NCBI GenBank assembly: GCA_963727775.1
Contig: CAVSHB010000002.1
Coordinates: 192,001 to 256,000 of the forward strand
Direction: 5' to 3'
Length of the DNA: 64,000 nt
Source: an uncultured Nitrospiraceae bacterium
GTDB taxonomy: Bacteria > Nitrospirota > Thermodesulfovibrionia > Thermodesulfovibrionales > SM23-35
A model generated the notes under the pieces. It was not told the origin of the DNA. It did no database searches and saw only the letters and a list, made by a program, of their open reading frames with translations. Both the position numbers and the translations under genes were made by a program. This document shows positions 20,891-31,492 of the stretch, piece by piece. How positions within the stretch are numbered: position 1 is the first letter of the stretch; each line of letters begins with the position of its first letter.

Positions 20891-23533
20891 ATGAACCTCT
20901 ATCTTATTGACGGGCATTCCTATGTCTATCGCGCCTATTACGCTATCCGGGAGCTCTCGAATTCTAAGGGCTTTCCCACGAACGCGATCTATGGCTTTAC
21001 CAACATGCTTCTTAAGATTATTAGGGAGAAAAAGCCCGACGGTATTGCGGTATCTTTTGACTCACCCGTACCCACAGAGAGACACAGGATATATGAAGGA
21101 TACAAAGCCCAGAGACCTGAAACACCGGGAGACCTCATCGAACAGATACCTTATATCAGACGGATGATTTCAGCATTCAATATTAAGATATTCGAAGTCC
21201 CGGGTTACGAGGCGGACGATATACTCGGCGCTATAGCAAAAAAAGCATCCTCAGAAGGAATGGACGTATTCATTGTTACCGGGGACAAGGATATGCTTCA
21301 GCTTGTCGGTAATAAGATAAAAGTATATGACCCTATGAAAGATACAGTGCTTGATGAGGAATTCGTAAAGAAAAAATTCGGCGTCGGCCCGGAAAGAGTT
21401 ACAGAGTTTATGGCGCTCACAGGTGATGCGGTCGATAACATTCCTGGGATCAAAGGGGTCGGTGAAAAGACGGCAAGGGAGTTGCTTTCTGAATTTGAAA
21501 GTCTTGATGCGATGCTGAGTAATACCGATAGGATCAAGAAAGAAAAGTTGAGGGTCCTTGTCTCCGAAAATGCCGATGTCGTTAGATTGAGCAAGAAGCT
21601 CGCAACCCTAGATACGGACGTCCCCATTGATATCAATACTGAAGAATTCCGGCTGAGAGAACCCGAATGGTCTTCGCTCCTTTCCCTCTTCAGAGAGCTT
21701 GAATTCGGGAGCCTAATGAAGCTTATTCCTTCAGGATCTCTAAGAAAGACCCATTACGAGGCGGTCTTTTCCATGGAAAGAGTTAAGGAGATATCTTCAC
21801 TCATCAAAGGCGATTTTGCGTTTGACACCGAGGCAACAAGCAGGGACCCGATGGTCGGAAGTCTTGTAGGGCTTTCTTTGTGTTTGGAAAACGGACACGC
21901 GTTTTATATCCCTGTCTCCCATTCATATCCGGGAGCGCCTGTGCAGATAAACAAGAAAGAAGTATTACAAGCGCTTTCAGAGTTTTTTGAAGCTGAATGG
22001 GTTGCAAAGACGGGGCATAACCTTAAATATGACATAATGATACTTGCACAGGACGGTGTTCATGTGCGGGGGACTCTCTACGACACAATGATAGCATCAT
22101 ATCTGATCAATCCCAACAAACCGAACCACGGTCTCGCTGAACTTGCGCTGGAATATCTGTCTTACAGGAAAAAAACGTTTGTGGAGGTCATCAGGAAACG
22201 GGCTTCTTTCTCTGAGGTGCCTTTGGAAGAGGCAGTTATCTATTCAGGTGACGACGCCAGCCTCAGCCTTGAATTAAAAAAACTGCTTTTTAATAAATTA
22301 AGAGAAACCGGCCTTGAGGATCTTTATCTAAATATAGAGATGCCGTTGATTTACGTGCTTGCCGGCATGGAAACCGAAGGCCTGAAGATTGATGTTCTCA
22401 AGCTTAAAGGAATTTCAACAGAGCTTGATAAGGAACTCGATGCGCTGAAAAGAAGGATTTTTTTCCTCGCAGGCGAAGAGTTTAACATCAATTCACCTAA
22501 ACAACTGAGTGTTGTTCTTTTTCACAGTCTCGGCTTGCAGCCGGGCAAGAAAACGAAGACAGGTTTTTCCACCGAGATGAGTGTCCTCGAAGAGCTTGCT
22601 GAAAGTCACGAGCTCCCAAGGGAGATACTCAATTACAGGAGCTTCCATAAACTGAAAACAACTTATATAGACGTGCTTCCGGCGTTGATAAATCCAAAGA
22701 CGGGTCGTATCCATACATCGTTTAACCAGACGGTAACAGCCACCGGAAGGTTGAGCAGCAGCGAGCCTAATCTGCAGAATATCCCGATCAAAGGAGAGTG
22801 GGGCAGGCGTATAAGAGAGACTTTTATTGCTGAAGGAAATAATCTCCTCCTTTCAGCAGATTATTCACAGATTGAACTGAGGATACTTGCCCATTTGAGT
22901 AATGACGAGGGTCTTATTTCTGCATTCATGAGCGGCCTCGATATCCATGCGAGGACCGCATCCGAAATATTCGGCGTGCCTATCGATAAAGTGTCCGCTG
23001 AAATAAGGAGAGTCGCAAAAACAGTGAACTTCGGAGTTATTTACGGGATATCGCCGTTCGGCCTGTCGGAAACTCTGAGCATATCGCGGGAAGATGCGAA
23101 AAAATATATCGAGCAGTATTTTAAAAGGCACCCGGGTGTTCAAAGCTATATCGAAAAATGCCTCGCAAAGGCAAAGCATGATGGTTACGTTTCTACCCTT
23201 TTCGGGAGAAGGCGCGCTGTCCCGGAAATCAGAAGTAAGAACACCGGCACGAGACAACTGGGTGAAAGGCTTGCAATAAATTCTCCTATTCAAGGGACGG
23301 CTGCGGATGTTATTAAAATCGCAATGATAAATATAGCGAAGAAATTAAGATCCGATAATTTGGAAACAAGGTTGATCCTTCAGGTTCACGATGAGCTATT
23401 ATTCGAACTTCCGGAAAAGGAGCTTGAAGCAGTAATGGATATTGTTAAGACCGAGATGGAGGGGGTGATGGCTCTGTCTGTCCCTTTGAGCGTCAGTATA
23501 AACTATGGAAAGAACTGGGCGGAAGCACACTGA
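20891..23533 (+). CDS. polA: DNA polymerase I
   Basis: 5'-3' exonuclease (LIDGHS, EADD), 3'-5' exonuclease (FDTE), polymerase motifs DYSQIELR, KTVNFGVIYG, QVHDEL. Confidence 0.98.
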   Translation: MNLYLIDGHSYVYRAYYAIRELSNSKGFPTNAIYGFTNMLLKIIREKKPDGIAVSFDSPVPTERHRIYEGYKAQRPETPGDLIEQIPYIRRMISAFNIKIFEVPGYEADDILGAIAKKASSEGMDVFIVTGDKDMLQLVGNKIKVYDPMKDTVLDEEFVKKKFGVGPERVTEFMALTGDAVDNIPGIKGVGEKTARELLSEFESLDAMLSNTDRIKKEKLRVLVSENADVVRLSKKLATLDTDVPIDINTEEFRLREPEWSSLLSLFRELEFGSLMKLIPSGSLRKTHYEAVFSMERVKEISSLIKGDFAFDTEATSRDPMVGSLVGLSLCLENGHAFYIPVSHSYPGAPVQINKKEVLQALSEFFEAEWVAKTGHNLKYDIMILAQDGVHVRGTLYDTMIASYLINPNKPNHGLAELALEYLSYRKKTFVEVIRKRASFSEVPLEEAVIYSGDDASLSLELKKLLFNKLRETGLEDLYLNIEMPLIYVLAGMETEGLKIDVLKLKGISTELDKELDALKRRIFFLAGEEFNINSPKQLSVVLFHSLGLQPGKKTKTGFSTEMSVLEELAESHELPREILNYRSFHKLKTTYIDVLPALINPKTGRIHTSFNQTVTATGRLSSSEPNLQNIPIKGEWGRRIRETFIAEGNNLLLSADYSQIELRILAHLSNDEGLISAFMSGLDIHARTASEIFGVPIDKVSAEIRRVAKTVNFGVIYGISPFGLSETLSISREDAKKYIEQYFKRHPGVQSYIEKCLAKAKHDGYVSTLFGRRRAVPEIRSKNTGTRQLGERLAINSPIQGTAADVIKIAMINIAKKLRSDNLETRLILQVHDELLFELPEKELEAVMDIVKTEMEGVMALSVPLSVSINYGKNWAEAH

Positions 23534-23590
23534 ATAAATAAGCAACTTCTTTTAATTTCAGGTAAAATATGCGCTGATGGAGGGCAGGTT

Positions 23591-24376
23591 ATGGAGAAGA
23601 AAGCAACCACCAAGAAAATTTCCGACAAGTCAGAGAAAAAAGAAACGAAGAAAAAGCTAATAGCAGTCCCCCGATCCCCTAAGAAAATTGCTTCAAAAAA
23701 GAAAGGGACAAAAAAGATTGAGGAAAAGACTGTCAAAAAGGTAAAGGCAGAGACAAAGGTAGAGAAAAAGCCTATAAAGATTAAGGAAGAAGAAAAACGG
23801 AAAACAACAAAAAAGAAGGGGCCTGCAAAAGGAAGGGAAAAAACTGAACAAAGCAAAAAGAAACCTGCCGTAAAAAGGACAGAGAAACGCGGCCTTAAAT
23901 CCTTAAAAAAAGCTGAAACAGGGAAGAATGCTGAGAAGCCCGCGAAAAAGGTCAAGCCTAAGGTCAAAAGAAAGGCCGAATTGAAGGAAACATTGCCGGC
24001 CGGCTATGAGGAAAACGGGATAACCCTCATGACCGTTGACCCGCTTAAGATTTTTACCTTCTGGGAAGTGCGGGAAGATACCCTGTCCAAATTTAAGGGC
24101 GATCTTGCCGTTAGGGTATATGATATGACAAACGCCGGTTTCGACAAGATGAATGAATGTAGCCATTTTGACCTGACTGTAAGCGAAAGGATAGGGGGAA
24201 TGTATATAGATGCCGCCCCCGAAAAGGAATTTGTTGCGGACATCGGAATTGTCTGCGAAGGTGTTTTCATTTCGATAACGAGGTCTAACAAAGTCTCAAC
24301 ACCACGGGCAACAGCTTCAGAAACAGAGGCATTGTCTTTAAGCTTCTTCGCCTCCGGCTTCCGCATAGGTTATTGA
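23591..24376 (+). CDS. DUF4912-domain protein with Lys-rich, histone-H1-like N-terminus
   Basis: LPAGYEENGITLMTVDP...FTFWEV...VRVYD...ADIG...RSNKVSTP; first about 130 aa are low-complexity K/E. Confidence 0.75.
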   Translation: MEKKATTKKISDKSEKKETKKKLIAVPRSPKKIASKKKGTKKIEEKTVKKVKAETKVEKKPIKIKEEEKRKTTKKKGPAKGREKTEQSKKKPAVKRTEKRGLKSLKKAETGKNAEKPAKKVKPKVKRKAELKETLPAGYEENGITLMTVDPLKIFTFWEVREDTLSKFKGDLAVRVYDMTNAGFDKMNECSHFDLTVSERIGGMYIDAAPEKEFVADIGIVCEGVFISITRSNKVSTPRATASETEALSLSFFASGFRIGY

Positions 24377-24487
24377 AAAGCAATAAATAGTTTCTGCGCA
24401 ACTATATGTTGCACTGCTTTATTATTTACAAATCTTAATTATATCCCAGTGTTTGCACCGTACAATTGCATCATTTAATTAATCTCC

Positions 24488-24615
24488 ATACCCCGCCGTC
24501 TCTGCGGCGGGCACCTTACGTCGTCGGGGTGCAGGGCGTCGGAGCGAAGCGCAGACCCTTGCCGACCCACGGGGTCTAATACCCCGTGGTGTCGTGCCGA
24601 GCAAAGCGAGGTTTA
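24488..24615. repeat. GC-rich hairpin cluster (REP-like or IS200/IS605-end-like)
   Basis: CCCGCCG-6-CGGCGGG (24492-24511) and CCACGGGGT-5-ACCCCGTGG (24567-24589) embedded in AT-rich intergenic DNA. Confidence 0.5.
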
Positions 24616-24896
24616 GTTTATTGCAGCGTTTCTTTCATAAAGAAATAATCTTATTAAATATCAAGGTGTTAAATATTTGGCATATGTATTGCTTTAATAA
24701 TAAAGATTATAAAGACATGAAATAATAAGCATATTAAGGACAAAAATATAATAAAATGGTAAAATGGTTCACAAATGTTTTTTGGTTTTCTTAAAGATAA
24801 AAAAAATGTTGAGATTTTTAAAACAATACGATATTTTAGAGAGTCTGTTTTTAATAACACCACACTAAAAGAATCTTAAAAAAAGGAGGGAAGGTT

Positions 24897-26423
24897 ATGA
24901 AGAAAGTAAGTGTGTTGTTTTTCGCTGTTGTTTTTCTGTTGTGCATGACTGCCGCGCCTATTTTGGCTGCCGACACGTCCAAGGAAGTAGAACAACTGAA
25001 AGGTGAGGTGCAGAAACTGCTCAACAGGATCCAAGACCTGGAAAAGAAGCAGAAAGAAAGTGATAAGAAGTTGGACAGCGTGAAAGTAACAACAACGAAG
25101 ATCGAGAAGGAAGAAGCGGCGTTAGAACAGGAAGGTAAACAAAGGGCGATGGCTTATTGGAGGGATGCTTTCGTAATTGAAACTGGAGACAAACGCTTCA
25201 GGTTACAGATGGGCGGACAAATACAGTTCGATACGAGGGTATTCGGTGATGGATCGAATAGTCCGAGTTCGTTCGACGTGCGGAGGGCCCGCTATGATAT
25301 GAGGGGTAATATGCTTACCGGTAGCATAAATAACGAGTTCCGCCTCACTCTAGAGATGGCTGGATCGAACGCCCCGCTGCTCCAGAACGCCTACTGGGTA
25401 TTTAAGTTCGCTCCCGAATTCAACCTCATGGTCGGGCAATTCAAGCCGCCGGTCAATTCATCCGACAGGTTGACAGAAGAAGTACATATTAACTTCATAG
25501 AGTATGCAGCTGATACCCCCGTAACGGGTTATTATGATCGCGGGTTCAATATTATCAGCAAATTTTTCAACGAAAAAGTCCAGACCTGTGTAGGTATGAT
25601 CGACGGAGTAGGCGCGTCGGCCGATGTAAATACGGGTGACCTCGATAATAACAAGGACGTTTTTGTGCGTGTCCTCCTGAATCCTTTCAAGGACACGGAT
25701 ATCGATGCACTGAAGAAGTTATATTTGGTTGGCAGTTATCAGGATGGTCTCCAGTCGATTAAGACTGCAAGGAGTGAAACAAATTTTAAGACTGAGGACT
25801 ACGAATCTCAGTGGTTCGCGTGGAACCCTACTAATTTAAGGATCCATCAACTCGAACGCTTCGGCGGTGAAGCACATTATATATATGGACCGCTATCGGC
25901 GAGTTATGAGTTTAATCGCGTTCAATGGGAAGGTATCGACGTGTATAAATCAGATGGCAAAACGCTGGACTATCGTATGCCTGGTTCTTATCATGCCGAT
26001 GTGCACGAAGCATGGATTAGTTATTTCCTTACAGGTGAATCGAAGAACTATCAGGATATCTTCGCTGCTTGGAGACAACCGAAACCCAAGAAGAATCTTA
26101 ATCTGAAAGATGGAACATGGGGCGCTTGGGAAGTTATTGCAAGGTATACCTATCTCGATAGCTCTGCGAAACTTTTCGCACAGCAGGTGAAGAGTGAAAG
26201 TACTTCCTCGATACTTACTGGAGTGCAAAGAGGGGAAGCAGTGACCGCTGGACTACGCTGGTTGTGGAACCCTAAAGTTAGGTTGATGCTGGATGCGAAC
26301 TACCTTAAGAATGAGACAGGAAAAGGCATTATCGGCACAAACTCGTATGTAACATCAGGCGATACGAAAAAATACATGAAGGATGAAACCGCATTGCTTT
26401 TAAAGTTCATCCTGCAAATATAA
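24897..26423 (+). CDS. OprO/OprP-family (phosphate-selective-type) outer membrane porin
   Basis: Signal peptide, coiled coil, GGQIQFD, FDVRRAR, GQFKPP, YFLTGE, GAWEVIARY, GLRWLWN; AAGGAGG RBS. Confidence 0.85.
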   Translation: MKKVSVLFFAVVFLLCMTAAPILAADTSKEVEQLKGEVQKLLNRIQDLEKKQKESDKKLDSVKVTTTKIEKEEAALEQEGKQRAMAYWRDAFVIETGDKRFRLQMGGQIQFDTRVFGDGSNSPSSFDVRRARYDMRGNMLTGSINNEFRLTLEMAGSNAPLLQNAYWVFKFAPEFNLMVGQFKPPVNSSDRLTEEVHINFIEYAADTPVTGYYDRGFNIISKFFNEKVQTCVGMIDGVGASADVNTGDLDNNKDVFVRVLLNPFKDTDIDALKKLYLVGSYQDGLQSIKTARSETNFKTEDYESQWFAWNPTNLRIHQLERFGGEAHYIYGPLSASYEFNRVQWEGIDVYKSDGKTLDYRMPGSYHADVHEAWISYFLTGESKNYQDIFAAWRQPKPKKNLNLKDGTWGAWEVIARYTYLDSSAKLFAQQVKSESTSSILTGVQRGEAVTAGLRWLWNPKVRLMLDANYLKNETGKGIIGTNSYVTSGDTKKYMKDETALLLKFILQI

Positions 26424-26434
26424 GAAAACATTCT

Positions 26435-26468
26435 GCATAAAGCGTCTTCGGGCGCTTATGCTTTTTTT
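26435..26468 (+). terminator. Rho-independent terminator of the porin gene
   Basis: GCATAAAGCGTC-TTCG-GGCGCTTATGC followed by T7. Confidence 0.8.
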
Positions 26469-26508
26469 GTTTAGTAATGGTTGTATCTCTCGGGTTTCTT
26501 CACTTGCG

Positions 26509-26538
26509 GAAGGCCGCCAAATGGCGGCCTTCTTTTTT
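26509..26538 (+). terminator. Second Rho-independent terminator
   Basis: GAAGGCCGCC-AAAT-GGCGGCCTTC followed by T6. Confidence 0.8.
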
Positions 26539-27026
26539 GATTTAAAATAATTGGCGCATCTGGGTTCTTCATGGGTCTATGCAATATATAGTGGTTTGAG
26601 TATCCTATGTTCATGGATGAAAAAGTGTTTTATACAAAGATATTGGGAATCAAGCTGCCTTGGTTTGTAAAACAGGTTATTATGGACGAAGCAACTCAGC
26701 GAATCGACATTTATATGGAGCATGAGAAAGATATACGCGTCAGGTGTCCGGAATGTGGTGCGTTTTACGGCATGTACGATCACGCACCTGAGCGCGTTTA
26801 TCGTCATTTGAACACCTGCCAAATGGAAACCTACATTCATGTTCGGCCACCGCGAGTAAACTGCCCTACGCATGGAGTTAAGCAGATAGAATCGGCGGTT
26901 GGTGAGAACGGCTCGGATATGAGTCATGCCTTTGAGAGTCTGGTCATTCGTGTTGCTCAAGAGTGCAGCATCGAGGGTACGGCCCGGCTTTGTGGATTGA
27001 GTTGGGATAAAGGATGGAATGCTCTG

Positions 27027-28872
27027 CGTATTTTCTTTTTAAAAACTACGAGGAACTCCATATGCTGCAATGATTTGAAGGCGATTTCTAATTTCAAGAA
27101 AATGGCTACAATTTTACCTTGAGCAGATCAAGAATCTTTTGCTGACTGTTATCCGGGGTGCAAACAATTCGGCACGAAGAGCCCTGCACTTGAAGTCTCT
27201 GCCTTCTCAGGCTCTTTAATCTCTCAATCACATACTCAAATGTCCATCTGCGGTGTTTATTTTTTCCGTCAGACTGAAACAGAGGCTTTAGTCTCTGATT
27301 CATATGCCACTGCAAGTAGTAGGCAAGCATGCAAAGAAACACATGACAGCGGATTCGGTCGTCGGTCTTGTGATAAACGGGCCGCACCTCAAGCTGTACG
27401 CTCTTTAAGTTCCGAAACGCCTGTTCTACAAGAGCAAGCTTTTTATATGATGCCACTATTGCCTGCTTTGCCATCAGCCCGGCAGGAACATCGGAGGCAA
27501 TGATGTAACAGCCGTCAATCAATTCCTCAGTCTCGATCTTCTCTGTTTTTAATTTCCATGTGAGACGTCCATCCTGTACTGACCACTCTACAAATTTACC
27601 TGTCTTCCACTTTCCCAGAACCTTCCCCACCCTTGCCGCTATCTTCTCGTTTGACGACTTCCGTTTTGATTGGGCTATGCTATCCAATGCCTTTCTGGTG
27701 ACCTCAATCAAGCCTTTGCGTGTCACAGCTTCCCTTGTAGCGGTCTTTGGATTGCGGCATAAGCAGTATCGCCGTCCTATCGCCTCAGGATCCACTACTT
27801 CAATAATCTCCTTTTCATCAAACATATCGATCTGAATCACCTTGCGTTCCAGTAGCTCTTTTATCTGGTGGTGTGTTAATGCCGATATTATATTGAGCCC
27901 TTTTACATCCTTAACCTTTTCGTAATTGGCATGAGTAACCATTCCACGATCACCTACAAAGATTATCTCCTGGATCCCATATTTTTTCTGCACCTCAGCT
28001 ATTTTATCGGGTACCGTTTGAGCATCCTGAGTATTCCCAGGGAAAACTTCCACACCCACAGGGCACCCCTCGGGACTGCAAAGCAGCCCTATCACCATCT
28101 GTTCATGCCCCCGCTTGCCGTCCCGGTTATATCCGAATTTAACGATCTCACTGTCTTCATACTCGCCCTCAAAATAACTGCTGGTTATATCGTAAAGCAC
28201 AAGCGCGCCGTTTCGGAGATGCTTTTTCGCCAATGTACTTTGGATGGCATCCTGCCTCTGTAAAAGACGATCCATAGGCTCATAACAATGCTTATCTACG
28301 TCAACCGGCCCTTCTATCCCGCAGAGTTCCCATAATGCCGTGTCCTCCCATCTGTGCGATAAAGCCAGCTTGCTGCCGCTATATACTAAACGGCCGATTA
28401 TCATGGCAAGACAGTCTTTAACCCACTGCTCGGAATATCTCGAATAAATCATCTTGTCCAACTCTAATTCCTTCGCCAACTGCAATACCGCATAGGAAGC
28501 GCCGTACTCTTTCGATTCCGCGATTTTGTGAGCGTCGGCTGAACCCTTTACCAGCACATCGCCCCTGAAGGCGGCCTGTATGAGCTTTAGTTGTTCAAGA
28601 CTCATATCCTTAATGGTCCCATGTGTCGTGTGCCTGATTTCGCCCTTCTCACGGAAGGTAGTGCGAATAACGCCGTAGTGCTTATTGCCGGAAGTCTGTA
28701 TTTCGAGATGGGGGCGTGGCTTCTTTTTAAATGGCATGGCTACTATTATAGGATATGATTACCACTATGTCAACTATAAAATGCTATATTATATGGCTAC
28801 ATTTGAAAGCCAAATACACGGTAATCTATTGTAATATAAGCATTTATGGGTGTTTTCATAAAAGAAAATACG
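27027..28872 (-). mobile_element. IS1634-family insertion sequence
   Basis: Terminal IRs CGTATTTTCTTTT / AAAAGAAAATACG; 4-bp target duplication TCTG at 27023-27026 and 28873-28876. Confidence 0.9.
27106..28737 (-). CDS. IS1634-family DDE transposase
   Basis: LVLYDITSSYFEG, FGYNRDGK, VGDRGM, VEQAFRNLKS...RPVYH...RIRCHVFLCMLAYY. Confidence 0.93.
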   Translation of the reverse strand: MPFKKKPRPHLEIQTSGNKHYGVIRTTFREKGEIRHTTHGTIKDMSLEQLKLIQAAFRGDVLVKGSADAHKIAESKEYGASYAVLQLAKELELDKMIYSRYSEQWVKDCLAMIIGRLVYSGSKLALSHRWEDTALWELCGIEGPVDVDKHCYEPMDRLLQRQDAIQSTLAKKHLRNGALVLYDITSSYFEGEYEDSEIVKFGYNRDGKRGHEQMVIGLLCSPEGCPVGVEVFPGNTQDAQTVPDKIAEVQKKYGIQEIIFVGDRGMVTHANYEKVKDVKGLNIISALTHHQIKELLERKVIQIDMFDEKEIIEVVDPEAIGRRYCLCRNPKTATREAVTRKGLIEVTRKALDSIAQSKRKSSNEKIAARVGKVLGKWKTGKFVEWSVQDGRLTWKLKTEKIETEELIDGCYIIASDVPAGLMAKQAIVASYKKLALVEQAFRNLKSVQLEVRPVYHKTDDRIRCHVFLCMLAYYLQWHMNQRLKPLFQSDGKNKHRRWTFEYVIERLKSLRRQRLQVQGSSCRIVCTPDNSQQKILDLLKVKL

Positions 28873-29853
28873 TCTGGAGCGAGCGGTTAATCGTGGTCGC
28901 GGACGCAAGGTGCATCGCATCCCAAGCCGTATCGGAGTGGATGAGAAGTCCATTGCGAAGGGACACAAATACGAGTCTCTGGTTTACGATCTTGATGCAG
29001 GGACTGTTGAGTTTGTATGGGATGATCGTGGCCAGGAAAGTCTTGAAAGCTATTACCGGCAGTTTAGCAAGGAAGAACTGTCTGACGTTAAAGCTGTGGC
29101 AATGGACATGTGGGACCCGTATATTGCGGCTACAAAAGCTTATGTACCTGGTGCGGAAAGGAAGATCGTCTTTGATCGTTTTCATGTGATGAAGCATGTT
29201 CTGGCTGCGGTGGATGAGGTCAGAAAGAGAGAACATCGTGAACTTTCGGAGTGCGGAGAGCAAACTTTGAAGGGAACCAGATATCTGTGGTTGTGGAGCG
29301 AGGAGAATATTCCATCGTGGCGACGTGGAGAGTTTGAGGCATTGCGAGCCAAAGACTTGCAGATATGCCGGGCGTGGGCTATAAAAGAGAACCTTCGGCA
29401 TCTGTGGGAGTATCGGTATGAGGCCCATATGAGAAACTATTTCAAGCGCTGGTATTTTTGGGCAACTCATTCTCGACTTGAGCCTATTAAGAAAGCGGCT
29501 AAGACGGTTAAGTCCCATATAGACAATATCGTTACTTACGCACGGCATCGCATTACCAACGCCTTGGGCAAGGCAATCAACGGCAAGATTGAGAAAGTTA
29601 AACGAATGGCTTGTGGTTTTCGCAATCGCTCCCATTATAGAACCGCCATTTATTTTCATTGCGGCGGACTGGACTTGTTTCCCAAACCGCCTGCTCAACC
29701 AACACTATGCTTTCGAGCAACTTAAACACTATCTGTTGGGGGTATCCATTAAAATGTCTGTTCCGGCAAATAATTAAGAAGCTTTATCTCTAAAACCTGT
29801 TCAATGCACTTGCAAGGGAATCGAAAAATACATTAGAATCAATCTTATAATTT

Positions 29854-29928
29854 GCCGGTGTAGCTCAGAGGCAGAGCAGCTGATTCGTAATCAGCAGGTC
29901 GTCGGTTCAACTCCGACCACCGGCTCCA
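29854..29928 (+). tRNA. tRNA-Thr (CGT)
   Basis: GCCGGTG/CACCGGC acceptor stem, GCTGA-TTCGTAA-TCAGC anticodon arm, GGTTCAACTCC T-arm, encoded CCA. Confidence 0.97.
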
Positions 29929-29984
29929 ATTTTTCTTTTATAATTCATGCAGTTAGACATAGCCTAAAAATCACGCTGTAAGCC

Positions 29985-30016
29985 GTTCTAAAATTGTTCT
30001 AAAATTGTTCTAAAAT
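29985..30016 (+). repeat. Three tandem GTTCTAAAAT(T) repeats, putative integrase arm-type sites
   Basis: 11-bp tandem unit between the tRNA 3' end and the integrase stop codon. Confidence 0.6.
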
Positions 30017-30087
30017 CCAGAGATTCCGCGTCAGCTGCTCCGTGAAAAATAGATTTCAGATTTTCGCGGTTTCCTTATAGGATGAGG

Positions 30088-31245
30088 TTAAAATTTTTCG
30101 GGGCAAAAACGGGACAAAGCCCTACCACAAACCACGGTATCAGTCCCAGTAGGGTGAGTGTATATCTCGTTGGCTTGGTTCGTCTCGTGCCCGGTCATGG
30201 CACGACGCTTGTCGGCGCTGATGTTGGCATCCTTTAGGAGCGTGTTTGCCAAGTGTCTAATCTCCTTGAATTTAAACTGCGGCACACCGTTCTCGTCCAG
30301 ATACCCCGCCTTGTCCAGAGCGTTCCCCCACATGCTACGGAAGTGACTGTAGGGAACCCACCCTTTTGGCGACGCATGGCAAATGAGCCATGGGCTGAGT
30401 TCACGCCGATTTATTTTAAGATGTTCCAGGAAAGCCATAAAAGTAGGGTTCTCTGAATAGTCGATGACGATCGGTTTATCGGTTTTCTGACGTAAGAATG
30501 ATACGCGCTGCTTCTTCATATCAAAATCTGTCCATTTAAGGCTCTTCACTTCGTTCTCATGCTGGACGAGATGGAAGGCCAGCATGATTGCTCTCTTCAG
30601 CATCGGAGCGGCAAAAGGATAAATTTTTTTAAACAGGACTTCCTCTTCAAGCCTCAAGTTGTGTTTCTTCTCTTTGAACTTTTTTATTCCATCCGCTGGG
30701 TTGATATTTATATAGCCTTCATCTTTAGCAAACTGCAATATTACATGTAAGAGGGCAAGCCTCCTGTTTGCCTCATATGGTGTTTTTTTCAAAGATCGAT
30801 GGTACCTGATGATTTCTTGCCTGCTGATTTTAGAGGTAGGTTTATTGTTGAATTTCTTTTTAAGTTCTCCAGACATGCGTAGATAATTTCTGTTGGTGCT
30901 ATCAGCAAGTGTCTTGGCGTCCTCATCGGCAGTCGCTTCGGTATCATTCTGAACTTCATCTTTAAAATACTGTTCTACGAGTGCGGAAAAGGCTATTGTC
31001 CTCTTATTGGTTCTTTCAATCTTTGAGATATCAAATCCCAATTCTTGGTTCAGATGGGCCTCTATCTCGGCCCATCTCCGCAAAGCTACACTCTCATCTT
31101 GCGTCCTTAGCGCGAACCATTTCGGTGGGCAGGCTTCTTCCACGACCCGGACGTAGTAAAACCAACCTTTTTTTAATATAAGGTGTCTCGGGTAATGCTT
31201 ATTAAATTTCCTTTTCCTTCCCATCCTTAAAGAATTATATTTCAT
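30088..31245 (-). CDS. Tyrosine recombinase / phage-type integrase
   Basis: 385 aa with an N-terminal arm-binding-like region (GWFYYVRV), KEIRH, TGH and terminal IYTH; adjacent to a tRNA. Confidence 0.88.
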   Translation of the reverse strand: MKYNSLRMGRKRKFNKHYPRHLILKKGWFYYVRVVEEACPPKWFALRTQDESVALRRWAEIEAHLNQELGFDISKIERTNKRTIAFSALVEQYFKDEVQNDTEATADEDAKTLADSTNRNYLRMSGELKKKFNNKPTSKISRQEIIRYHRSLKKTPYEANRRLALLHVILQFAKDEGYININPADGIKKFKEKKHNLRLEEEVLFKKIYPFAAPMLKRAIMLAFHLVQHENEVKSLKWTDFDMKKQRVSFLRQKTDKPIVIDYSENPTFMAFLEHLKINRRELSPWLICHASPKGWVPYSHFRSMWGNALDKAGYLDENGVPQFKFKEIRHLANTLLKDANISADKRRAMTGHETNQANEIYTHPTGTDTVVCGRALSRFCPEKF

Positions 31246-31492
31246 CCTGGTCTCCGTTTGCCAATTTTTTTATGTTATCGATAATATTCTGTGCTACGTT
31301 ATCATCGCTGGATATGGAGACATACCACCGCCCGAAGATCTTCTTGACCCTGCCTGCAAGCGGACCACGATTGTGGAAATAGGCTTCGGTTGCCCAAAAG
31401 TGAATAGTGCTTTTGGGGGTCATCGGGAACTCAATCCCGCAATATTTCTGTAATGGTATTGTTGCCAAAGTTTTAGTGGTGGATTCCTTCAT
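31235..31492 (-). CDS. Small protein, possible excisionase-like DNA-binding protein
   Basis: 85 aa, overlaps the integrase start; KSTIHFW...KKIFGRWYV resembles a winged-helix Xis. Confidence 0.5.
   Translation of the reverse strand: MKESTTKTLATIPLQKYCGIEFPMTPKSTIHFWATEAYFHNRGPLAGRVKKIFGRWYVSISSDDNVAQNIIDNIKKLANGDQDEI

Larger units (their letters stand above)
26607..29725 (+). pseudogene. ISL3 transposase split into 26607-27026 and 28877-29725
   Basis: Zinc finger CPECG...RVNCPTHGV, then IGVDEKS, AMDMWDPY, FDRFHV. Removing the insert restores the frame as ...WNALERAVNRG... Confidence 0.92.
26553..29767 (+). mobile_element. ISL3-family element interrupted by IS1634
   Basis: 8-bp direct repeat AAATAATT at 26545-26552 and 29768-29775; imperfect IRs (14 of 24 matching); 1365 bp once the nested IS is removed. 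Confidence 0.85.

Noticed and set aside
7529..23967. Many long antisense ORFs over dnaJ, clpB, infB, clpX, the USP gene, polA and the DUF4912 gene
   Set aside because: They fully overlap well-supported genes on the opposite strand and show no motifs.
29985..30016. Tandem repeats as a CRISPR array or iterons
   Set aside because: 11-bp units with no spacers and no cas or rep gene. No CRISPR array was seen anywhere in the window.
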